A DNA stretch of 63,129 bases, counting the filler, from Intoshia linei (Eukaryota > Animalia > Orthonectida), in the NCBI GenBank assembly GCA_001642005.1. It is 8 parts of 8 records of this genome, joined end to end, with 100 filler letters (N's around TTAATTAATTAA, not from the genome) between each part and the next. Parts side by side here need not be neighbours in the genome. Positions count along the whole stretch, not along the records: positions 24,125 to 31,155 come from LWCA01001631.1; positions 31,256 to 36,256 come from LWCA01001839.1; positions 36,357 to 47,178 come from LWCA01001230.1; 5 more parts are not named here. The stretch is one strand, 5' to 3'. The notes under the pieces were generated by a model that was not told the DNA's origin, did not search any database, and saw only the letters and a list, made by a program, of their open reading frames with translations. The translations under genes were made by a program, and so were the position numbers. The first letter of the stretch is position 1. Each line of letters opens with the position of its first letter. Shown here piece by piece: positions 26,510-38,020 of this stretch.

Positions 26510-27963
26510 AAATGTAACAAGATTAATGAACTACTGTATATAATGTGCTCAAGAGCACAGAATAGCAAATTATTATCTATTACTGTTTACAAGTTATTAT
26601 TACTAAAAAAAATACTAGTAAAAATATAATAAAAAAATTGTTGGATTGAGAAATTTTGTTGATGTAGTATAAATTAAGCTTAAAATTATTTAGGTTATTA
26701 AATTTTTCTTCCTTGTTATTGAAATGATCAATCAGTTTGTAATTAAATTGACTTTTCAATTTATTGTATTCAATATATTGCGCAAATCATAAATTAAAAA
26801 CTTTATATAAAATATATATCTTAATTATTGGTTTTTTAACTTGCTACTTGCTTTCTAACTTACACCCTTGGGCCCTTCAAATCACAACGACATAAATAAA
26901 AGATAAGTTGAAAAATGATATTAACCATTAAGATGTTCAAATGAATAGATTTTTCTAGTATGCTTAATCGTATGTCTCTAAAGCGATAGCAACACAACCT
27001 TTTATTTAATTTTTGTGTATACCTGTTTATACAAATATATATTTCTAATAAAAATATATTGTTGGATAATGGGTATTCGTCACACATACAGTTTCACACT
27101 CACACACTTTACACACACTCATCTCAACTTCCATAGAACAATAAATAAAATCATAAATATTCATTTCAAATTAATAATGTATACAATTAATAAATATAAA
27201 TTACCGATTTCTAAATTTTAACATACAATGCAAAAAATTAATTAGTATATATATAAACGCACTTTAGTATTCATATATATGCACAATAGTGTTTATATCA
27301 GTGCACAACTCTGTATTACACTGATTATTGAATTTTTAAAAAATTACTTGAAACTAAAAAAATTAATTATTTGGAAATACTGTATGATAACGGGCAAATT
27401 GCTCTATATAAAATATAATAATAAGTTAAGACAACCCTTAATTATTACACTAATTATTAAATTTTTAAAAAATTACGGGGATCTAAAAAAATTAATTATT
27501 ATGAGATACCCTACAACAACGGGCGAATTGCTCTATATAGAATATAATAATAAGTTAAGACAACTCTTAATTATTACACTAATTATTAAATTTTTAAAAA
27601 ATTACCATTATCTAAACAAATTAATTATTTGGAAATACTGTATGATAACGGGAAAATTGCTCTATATAGAATATAATGATAAGTTAAGACACCCCTTAAT
27701 TATTACACTAATTATTAAATTTTTAAAAAATTACTAAAACCTAAAAAAATAAATTATTAAGATATACCGTATGGCCACGGGCGAATTGCTTTATATAAAA
27801 TATAATGATAATTTAAGACAACCCTTAATTATTAATTTAATTATTAAATTTTTAAAAATTTACCAAGAACTAAAAAAATTAATTATTTAAAAATACTGTA
27901 TGATAACGGGCAAATTGCTATATATAAAATATAATAAGTTAAGACAACCCTTAATTATTACAC
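26510..27963 (-). other. Candidate micro-exon gene copy 1: five 6-nt exons in 129-bp units, one extra 6-nt exon (27205-27210) and a 3' block
   Basis: Minus strand (T)nTAG|N6|GTAATT at 27864-69, 27735-40, 27606-11, 27477-82 and 27348-53; the 5' part is lost at the N at 27967. Confidence 0.6.
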
Positions 27964-30532
27964 GTANAATAATTAATTTAAGTTTAATTAGAACAGTAAA
28001 GTGGATGAAATTTCATCATTTATGTATTTCTTATTAGTCTATTAGCTAAAATTTTTTGTTTTAATTATTTAACGTACAATAAAAAATGTAACAAGATTAA
28101 TTAAATACTGTACATAAAGTGCTCAAGAGCACAGAATAGAAATTGGTTTCTATTACTGTTTACAAGTTATTATTACTAAGAGAAATACTAGTAGAAATAT
28201 AATAAAAAAATTGTTAAATTGAGAAATTTTGTTGATGTAGTATAAATTATGCTTAAAATTATTTAGGTTATTAAATTTTTCTTCCTTGTTATTGAAATAA
28301 TCAATCAGTTTGTAATTAAATTGACTTTTCAATTTATTGTATACAATATATTGCGCAAATCATAAATTAAAAACTTTATATATAATATATATCTTAATTA
28401 TTAATTTTTTAACTTATTATTCATTTTAATAGTTTCTAATGTATAACTTGAGATACAGTAGTACACCCTTGGGCCCTTCAAAGAACAACGGAATGAATAA
28501 TAGATAAGTTGAAGAATGATGTGAACTATTAAGATATTCAAATAAATAAATTTTTCTAGTATGCTTAATCGTATGTCTCTAAAGCGATAGCAAAACAAAC
28601 TTTTATTTAATTTTTGTGTATATCTTTTTATACAAATATATATTTCTAATAAAAATATATTGTTGAATAATGAATATTCGTCACACATACAGTTTTCTCA
28701 TCTCAACTTTCATGAAACAAGAAATAAAATCATAAATATTCATTTCAAATTAATAATGTATACAATTAATAAATTTAAACTACCGATTTCTAAATTTAAA
28801 CATACAATGCAAAAAATTAATTAGTATTTATATAAACGCACTTTAAAATTCATATAAATGCACAATAGTGTTTATATCAGTGCACAACTCTGTATTACAC
28901 TGATTATTAAATTTTTAAAAAATTACTGCGAACTAAAAAAATTAATTATTTGAAAATACTGTATGATAATGGGCAAATTGCTTTATATAAAATATAATGA
29001 TAAGTTAAAACAACCGTTAATTATTACACTAATTATTAAATTTTTAAAAAATTACTAAAAGCTAAACAAATAAATTATAAAAAGATACCGTATGGCAACA
29101 AGCGAATTGCTTTATATAAAATATAATGATAAGTTAAGACAACTCTTAATTATTACACTATTTATTAAATTATTAAAAATTTACTGGGAACTAAAAAAAT
29201 TAATTATTTGGAAATACTGTATCATAACAGACAAATTTCTGTATATATAATATAATGATAAGTTAAGACAACCCTTAATTATTACACTAATTATTAAATT
29301 TGTAAAAAATTACTCAAAGCTAAAAAAATAAATTATTAAAAAATATCGTATGGCAACGGGCGAATTGCTTTATATAAAATATAATGATAAGGTAAGACAA
29401 CCCTTAATTATTACACTAATTATTAAAGTTTTAAAAAATTAATTATTTAGAAATACTGTATAATAACGGTAAAATTGCTCTATATAAAATATAATGATAA
29501 GTTAAGACAACACTTAATTATTACACTAATTATTAAATTTTTAAAAAATTACAAGAATCTAAAAAAATTAATTATTATGAAATACCCTACAACAACGGGC
29601 GAATGGCTCTATATATAATATAATGATAAGTTAAGACAACCCTTAATTATTACATTAATTATTAAATTTTAACAAATTACAGGGTGCTANCCCTTAATTA
29701 TTACACTAATTATTAAATTTTTAAAAAATTACGGGGATCTAAAAAAATTAATTATTATGAGATACCCTACAACAACGGGCGAATTGCTCTATATATATTA
29801 TAATGATAAGTTAAGACAACCTTTAATTATTACACCAATTATTAAATTTTTAAAAAATTACAACGAACTAAAAAAATTAATTAATTGGATTTACTGTATA
29901 ATAACACGCAAATTGCTCTATATATAATATAATGATAAGTTAAGACAACCCTTAATTATTAAATTTTTAAAAAATTACCATAATCTAAAAATATAAATTA
30001 TTAAGAGATACTGTATGGCAAACGGCGAATTGCTTTATATATAATATAATGATAAGTTAAAACAACCCTTAATTAGTAAATTTTTAAAAAATTACCAGGA
30101 ACTAAACAAATTAATTATTTGGAAATACTGTATGATAGCGGGCAAATTGCTCTATATAAAATATAATGATAAGTAAAGACAACCCTTAACTATTAAATTT
30201 TTAAAAAATTACTGGTCACTAAACAAATTAATTATTTAGAAACACTGTATGATAACGGGCAAATTGCTCTATATAAAATATAATGATAAGTTAAGACAAC
30301 CCTTAATTATTACACTTATTATTAAATTTTTAAAAAATTACTGGGAACTAAAAAAATTAATTATTTGGAAATACTGTATGATAACGGGTAAATTGCTTCA
30401 TATAAAATATAATAATAAGTTAAAACAACCCTTAATTATTACACTAATTATTAAATTTTTAACAAATTACGGGGATCTAAAAAAATTCATTAATTGGAGA
30501 TACCGTATGACAACGGGCGAATTTTCTATATA
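27315..30532. repeat. Two tandem arrays of a 129-bp unit (27315-27963; 28895-30532), each preceded on + by a duplicated ~0.8-kb block
   Basis: TAAGTTAAGAC recurs at 27422, 27551 and 27680 (129-bp period); 26510-27315 is similar to 28083-28895. Confidence 0.95.
28083..30532 (-). other. Candidate micro-exon gene copy 2: thirteen 6-nt exons in 129/117-bp units, one extra 6-nt exon (28784-28789) and a 3' block
   Basis: Slots at 30471, 30342, 30213, 30096, 29979, 29862, 29733, 29681, 29553, 29314, 29185, 29056 and 28927, all flanked by AG/GT on the minus strand. Confidence 0.62.
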
Positions 30533-31699
30533 AACCAGCGGTTACCATTTTAATTACCATTGCATGTGAAATTATGTGACCATCTGAACAAATTTAATTC
30601 AATATTCGTCGAATTTAAACATTCTAAATTTTGTACAATCCCGTCACAGGTTACATTAAATTTTGAACCATATCTGTATTTGTATATTCCATTTAACGAT
30701 TTAATGCTCGATTCTGGTACTGATAAAGGGTGACAACCTAAATTTTAATTTTAATTTATCTGACCATATAGGATTTTTTCAAACATGAGTCTCACGAAAC
30801 CGTACTCAAATATAAAAAACCCCACTCGAGAAACTCTGATATATACATTTTAATTATACTGTTAGTCTCTTGTAAATACTAGTGGTTGCTACCACATTAA
30901 AGTGAGTAAATTAATACTACACGATTTACATAATTATGATAAATGAGATTAATATAGTTTTGGCTACAATTTGTTGTTTTAACCCTTAGACATTTTGATT
31001 GTATTTTTACATGAAATACACAAAAGTCTCAATACCGCCATAATATTTTAATTTTATAACAATTTAATATATAATAACCAACTGTTACTAACCGTATTCA
31101 TAATATATTCGCTACAACGTTATACTCTAACTCAGTGTTTCTCAACCTTTTTCACNNNNNNNNNNNNNNNNNNNNNNNNNNNNNNNNNNNNNNNNNNNNT
31201 TAATTAATTAANNNNNNNNNNNNNNNNNNNNNNNNNNNNNNNNNNNNNNNNNNNNTTTGAGATAAAACTTATAAATTAAAAAATGAGGTCTGTGAAAAAC
31301 TTAAAGAATATTTGGTTTTGCTTGATATCATTAATTATGAGTACATTGAAAATATTAAAAACCACCTTATCTTAATGAATTTTTTGTTGCTTCAAAAAAA
31401 ATGAAATTCAGATTACTTTCAACGAATTGCATAAAGAACATATTATATGTGGTGAAAGAAAAACTTCTAATTTAGACATTCTATTGTATGAAGGAAGTTA
31501 GTTTTTAAAAATGTATTGATGTTGTCTATTTTTTGTTTAAAGTTCTTTTTTTTGAATACAAGCAGAAACTGCTTATATTCAAATTTTATTTAATTAAAAA
31601 TTTCACTGAAAATGTGTATTTCAGGGGTCTGCTTATAATCGAGAAAAGACAGTAGTGTGTATATTCAAAGGATAAACAATAACAAAAGTTTATTTAAGT

Positions 31700-32961
31700 T
31701 GATTCTATATTATAATACAAAATTAAATACTTTTTTATATTTAATGGAGAAAATGGTCTATCTGGGCGTAACAGCTTTTTTAATTTTGAAAAGCTACGTT
31801 CCACTGCAGCCGATGTACATTCGCATCTTTGTAATTAATGGTATGTGTATGGATTTATATTAGATCGTTTAAAATTTTATTCTTATTTAGACTTTTTTCA
31901 ATATATTGCTTAATGTTAGCGGTATTTTCTCTAAAATTTAGCTCTTTTATTGCACGTACACCTTCAATTATTGATAATTTTGGACATTTTAACTTCGTTG
32001 TTAGTTTAATTAGGTTTCATAATTGGATACTTTTACTAAATCATTAAATATTGTATCGCTTTCTACTATAGTTTTTGCATTTTTGACTATTATCCCGTCA
32101 TTTGCGTATTCCAATACAATCCGCTTTACCAATGTCCAATTTTTTACATAATATAATGCGGCCTCCAACCACGTATCCTAACGAGTGACTATTGGTGGAA
32201 ATGGTATCCCGATTTCGTGGAACAAGTCTGCTCGTTTTTTACATTTAACAATGCTAGCTTTAACGTATAAAATTAATTGATCAACTTGTACGAAGTGAGC
32301 TTTTATATGTAATGCACAATTGTACATCAAATGTGCAAGACACGTGATGGTGAAAATATGTGGGTACATACCATGAAGTACAGAAAATGCTTTCACATTA
32401 TAAGGAGCTCGATCAGATATTAAAAGTAATAAATTTTATTTTGGGATATGAAAGTTGTCCATAACTGTTTCAACTGCATTCACAACCGTTACATTGTTTG
32501 CTGATTTTTTCAATATTACACTATTAGCCATATAGCATATATGGGGAATCTCCAATCATTCAAATACATTCATAATTTTTAAACCTTTTAGACATCGTGT
32601 TTCATCAATAATTAAAAAAATTAATTTATTGTGTACACATTTTTTTACTTTATATTTTATTTTTTTTAATTAGCTCCTTCGTATAACTTATCAACCAGTC
32701 TTCTGCTTTTAGTTTTTAAGAGGAAGTGGGTGTCAGATTTCAATTTTAACTAAAGTAAAACGGTTCTAACATATTCAACAAAATAAAATCCAGGGCGATC
32801 TGAAAATTCAGTACTAAAATATTTATAATAAGCCAATTATAGAATAAAATGTTAAAAACAGTGTTTAAAACTTGAAAAATTTAAAAATAAATAATTTACA
32901 TATTTAAATATTTACAAAGGGTCACCAAAATAATTCTGTGGGCCATTGGTTTCAACCTCTG
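31700..32961 (-). mobile_element. Degenerate hAT (DUF659-like) transposon with its 5' terminus
   Basis: LLLISDRAPY, ITCLAHLM, PIVTR*DTWLEAA, CTSAAVERSFSKLKKLL; the terminus at 32790-32961 is homologous to MITE 11308-11607. Confidence 0.8.
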
Positions 32962-33320
32962 CTACAATATTATATTTTTTTGTAAAATTAAAAAGCACTT
33001 GCTGTCTACACAACAGAAAACAGTAGTGCTGTTTTCATCCATGATTATGAGTAATAGATATGACGATAAATTATAATTTGAAAAGTAATGAAATGAAATA
33101 CTGAAAGTGAATAGAAAAGTTGTGGTTTAAAGAGACAACCACTGTAGTGTAACAAATTGATTTGTGGGTTTGAAGCACCGTGACAAATATTTTTCAGATA
33201 AAATGATATATATGTTTTCAAATAAACACTGACACTATGTATTATGTATGTATATTAAAAATGAGTACTTTTTTATTTTAGATGCAAAATTATAAAATTT
33301 ATTAAAAAATACAAACAATT

Positions 33321-34266
33321 TCAATGCAAATCGGCATGTTTAACTCGATAAATAAGATATTCCAAAGCATAGATATTGTCCTTGTTGATGTAGTGAAATG
33401 TTGCAGGAGTGAGACTACAACACTCTGGTCCGTATTTATATGGATAGTAATCATATGAATTGAGCCACGTCACCATATTTTTAAATTGAGCTAATGGTGG
33501 AAAAGGAAAAAATGTTTGTCTTTTTTGTTTATCTCTGGTATCAACGTGGATTATACCTGCTGCAGCAGTACATTTGCCCATTCTGACATCTTCTGATCCT
33601 TTTGGTGATTGGTTACACATGGTTTCATTCCCAATTACCTTCGTAACAAATATTTTCACGGCAGCTTTACTTAATAGGTATCCTGCTCCACCACTCATAT
33701 AGCTAGTATTTCCAAGTAAAAACCTTCTACCAGCCAAATATGGAATACTACTATTAAATTTGGATAATATCAATCTCATATTTTCCATCAAAACGTAAGT
33801 GTCGTCATCGGCTTTTAATACCCAATCATACAAATTTTGCATATGATCATATGCATATTTGAACCCTTCAGTAGTCTTTGGCCACAGAGTACTATGTGAT
33901 TCAGTTATATTCAAAACATGAGTTGGTATAAATTGATCTGCAGCAGAGGTTATAAAAATATGATTGTTGCACCTTTTGGCCCATGTGGCATGAATGTTGC
34001 GGCTAGAATTTATTTTTTGTGGGTAAGTGACAATAAAGCAAAATATCTTCACAGTATTATACAGATTATCATAACGCTTATCTAAAAAATATTCATTAAC
34101 ATGTATCGCTCATAACAATACATTTTAGCGGCGCTCTTTCAAAAATTTCTTTGTATAACGAATTTACTTTTTTGTATTGTAATGCATTTGTAGAATATAA
34201 ATACCAGCCAACGAGAAAAATTGCCAAAAGAAAAAAAATTAAAAATTTTGTATATTTATTCAACAT
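33321..34266 (-). CDS. C1GALT1: Core 1 beta-1,3-galactosyltransferase (T-synthase)-like, GT31
   Basis: N-terminal TM exon (MLNKYTKFLIFFLLAIFLVGWYLY) plus exon with KIFCFIVT, TWAKRCN, LW.KT, YDWVLKADDDTYV, YMSGGAGYLLSK, EDV.MGKC, CCS…TFHY. Confidence 0.9.
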
Positions 34267-34592
34267 TGTAACTTGACTTTGATATTTACTCTACCATCAA
34301 ATAATCAAATTTTATAGACTTATTTTATTGATAAGTAATCAATAGTTTAAACTTTAAAGTACGTCAAAAATATTTATGAAAAAACCACATGTCACATAAA
34401 ATTACACGTGTACCAGTTGTTCAAACTGATTTAAACGAACAGTGTGTTACATTAATAGTAATATGTACTAAGTGTTACTAATACATTAATACTCTTGAAT
34501 TTTCAAATACTGATTTAAAATTTGATAAATCGTAATAAAAAAATGTATTTAATAAAATTAAACAATTAAATTATAATTTGGCTGTTCAAGGA

Positions 34593-35747
34593 TCAATATA
34601 AAAATTTTCCATCAACCGGTGTCCAATCAAAATTGAAATTAAATTTTTCCCTCAATTCATCATTATATTTGTCATAATACTTGTATAAATTTTCTATTGT
34701 GGTTGAATTGACAGAAATTTTTGGAAACCCTTTATATTTATTCATACACATAATTTCTTGTTGTTTAATTGGATTCTCTTCATTAATACTTTGTAAATTT
34801 TGATTCAAATATGTAAAAATATTTTTGGTTACACAATAAAATTTTTTATTTTGATTGAAAATAAAGTTTTGTCTTTCAAAATAGTGTCCAATGTTTAAAA
34901 ATTTTTCAACTTTTTGGAGAGTAACCCATGGTTCATGTACAAATTTTTCACTGTTCAGTAATAAAATTTGAGATCTATTAAAGGTTTTCAACAAATTTTC
35001 CACGTGTCTGACGTATATTCCGTCGGTATAATGTCTCATAGTGTAATTATTATATTTGGATGTATCGGCATTGGCATCAAAGAAAGTATCAATGTTATTT
35101 ACTTTTTGCAGAAATAATTTATCATATCGCAGCAATTTGTAATGCGAAATTGCTCTATCTACAGGATTTCTCATTATCAGAATTATTTTTGTATTAGGGT
35201 TATTCTTTTTTATTTCCATCGGTATTTCTTCATAAGTAACGTACCCTGGAGTAGTTTCCATAACTATTTGAGATTTATACGCTGCTTTCATTCGTTCTCT
35301 AAATTTATTTATATGTGTTTATTATTTATTCTTTTACATTCGAAATCATACTAAAAATTCTTGATAGTATTTAAAAAATTTTAATCTGATTTTAACTGAT
35401 AATTATAAATATTACTTGTACCATTCTACACCCTTGTCTTTATACCAATTGTAGTAATGAACTTCACCTTCGGCAATAGCTATTTTGGGGTGCATATTCA
35501 GAAAATTGTGCAACGTTGCAGTTCCACCTTTAACGAATCCTGCAATAACAGCGTCAGGGATTCGTTTTTCCTTTATTCCTAAAACTGGGGCGTTTAAATC
35601 GTATAATATTTCCATATTGGTTATTTCTGGGTACTTTTGATGTTGAGTGGTTACATAACAAAAATAGTAATAATGCCATATGTAAACCCCCGATATAAAC
35701 AGTATAATCAGGAATAGCAAAATTTTATACTTGGTTATGTTAGTCAT
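34593..35747 (-). CDS. Heparan sulfate 3-O-sulfotransferase-like (2 exons)
   Basis: Type II TM; KRIPDAVIAGFVKGGTATL (5'-PSB), EVHYY, GVEWY, RNPVDRAISHY (3'-PB), G.Y, KKFYC, CMNKYKG. Confidence 0.88.
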
Positions 35748-36356
35748 GTCTTAATTTATTGCAACATTACTATAATTAAAATGTGCTACCATCTACTATG
35801 TCATTAATCCTATTAATTTATATTATTAATCAATAATTCATTGATAAAATTTTTAATATGCTTAAAATTCATTAATTATTAGCCTTTAATCCTTTAAATG
35901 AAAATAATTCATAATTTATCCTTGGAGTTACAATATTTTTGTGTCAGGGGTCGCGGCCACGGCATCACGTCACGCTAACAAATTTTTTATATAATTTTTA
36001 ATAATAATAATGGCAGTCAATAATTTTTAATTTAACTGGACCTCATAAAGATTTTATGGAGCAATAACCTCAAAATTACTCAAAAACCAATAATATCGAA
36101 AAAATAACCGAAAATTCGATAACAACGAATTTTTATATGAAAATTGCACCCTTCCACCATATGAAAATTTTAAAAAATATTCAATTTGCACCCAATCTTA
36201 CCTCTCAACTGTTAAAAAAACCCTGGGGCATCGCCTCTAAAGTTTTGAACAATATANNNNNNNNNNNNNNNNNNNNNNNNNNNNNNNNNNNNNNNNNNNN
36301 TTAATTAATTAANNNNNNNNNNNNNNNNNNNNNNNNNNNNNNNNNNNNNNNNNNNN

Positions 36357-36550
36357 TTTGGCGATGACCTTTTTGACTGACGTAGACATTAGTTGTGGAT
36401 AGACAGTGGGGTTGACCAGGGGGGTTGTAGAACGACGAAAAGGCAGAGTTTAAGTGTTGAGCGTTGTCCTTGGGAGAATCAATCAACACTGCTAAAACTG
36501 CTACAATTTTTACGCTCAGATTTTTAGTGGCTATTAGATCCCACAATTTA
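36357..36550 (-). mobile_element. Possible non-LTR retrotransposon ORF2 fragment
   Basis: GC-richer segment; DSPKDNAQHLNSAFSSFY resembles the D..EIA..LN.FF.SVF linker before RT. Cut by a gap. Confidence 0.3.
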
Positions 36551-36580
36551 ATTTTTACGTTGGGAAAACTTGGTCTATGT

Positions 36581-36755
36581 CAGTGATGGTAAGACTTTTA
36601 AGTTATGTGTCAAAAAAAATTTTTTGTTGTTTTCGTTTCTAGTTGCTCAGCACTTCTAAATGATAAATAATTTTAGGTATGTATTTACCAGCGTGTCAGG
36701 CAGAATTCCTGTATGTGTCACAAGTGACACGCGTGTCATATTTTTGCCATCATTG
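36581..36755. mobile_element. hAT MITE (175 bp)
   Basis: TIRs CAGTGATGG…CCATCATTG; TSD GTCTATGT/ATCTATGT. Confidence 0.85.
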
Positions 36756-38020
36756 ATCTATGTTAAAGTTAAATTATAATTTAATTATTTGCAGTGGGTA
36801 AATTTACTAATGTTTAAATAGTAGTAGTAGTTGAAGTAATATACACAACATGCCACTATTTGTATACCAGCCAAATTATACTTACGGTCCGTAGGTCGCA
36901 TGCGGTTTTTTTCAATTTTAAGTGCGGTCAGCCACGACTTCGTATATGTACATATTATTAATACTAATGATAATATTAATATATATGATATAATATAGAT
37001 ATTATTAAATATTCCATAATGAATTGTTTATCATCATTTGCACACCTAAGCTGCGAGAAGATATTATTTTTAATGATATCAATGATAAAATTAAATGATA
37101 ATGATAAAATTAAAATCATGCTTATTAATTAATGATAATTCACAATTCACAATGCAAGTCATATAAAATTAAAATTTTTTAATATATTTTGCAGAAGGTT
37201 CTACAAAAACGGCACATATTATATTATACAATACTAGCTTGACTGTATTATACTCTATGTCTTCATTGGAAATGTGTAGACGTACAATCCACATTTTTTT
37301 TGAAATTGTAGGATCAATATTCACATTTTTGATTTTAATTAAAATATTTGAAAAATATTGGTTGATAATATATTAAGAATTATTTTTCACCGGGAATGCG
37401 TAGATTTCTTGAGTTAAAATTTGGTATTTATATCAACTGGAATAAGCTCTATCTGAATAATCCTTTTTTTTAATTTTCGGACTGTTAATTATTTGACATT
37501 TTTTGTTTTAATAAAATACTTCGAAAAAAAAATATATGAATACTAAAATGCTTTTTAAACATAAACATAAATATATATGTAACTTATATTCAAAATTTTA
37601 TTTAATTTCATCTACTAATTAGTGAATTAGTATCAAAAGAATATGTAAAAAATAATTATTATAATCTTATGATCAACACTGTATATTGAAATTTTTATTT
37701 CGATTTTTGGATATTTTCTCATTTTCTATAGTGTTTTTTAGTACATCTTGCTTTATTAATTGAATTGTTTCATTTATCCATTATATTTTGTCTGTGTGTA
37801 ATATAATGTCTTTTTCAATATTTTTTTCGCATGCATTATATTTATCTATTAAATTATCAATAATTGAAAATTGTGTATGTGCTTTTGTAAATAAATGCTT
37901 TATTTCAGAATCTAAATTGTTTGGTATTGTATAGTTGACATTTTCTTTATATTCTCTTCGTAAATGGTTAGTTTCTTGTAATATCTCTTCTTCGATTCGC
38001 CTATATAGTTTTATATTTTA

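Noticed and set aside
26510-30532. CRISPR-like leader plus repeat/spacer array
   Set aside because: Eukaryotic context, no cas genes, and the variable slots are only 6 nt and recur.
27279-30533. Plus-strand 43-aa repeat protein with a TALE-like variable di-residue (ORFs 27279-27737, 30249-30533)
   Set aside because: Many units have in-frame stops (TAC TAA, ATT TAA/TGA/TAG) and there is a 19-bp deletion; minus-strand splice signals explain the conserved flanks better.
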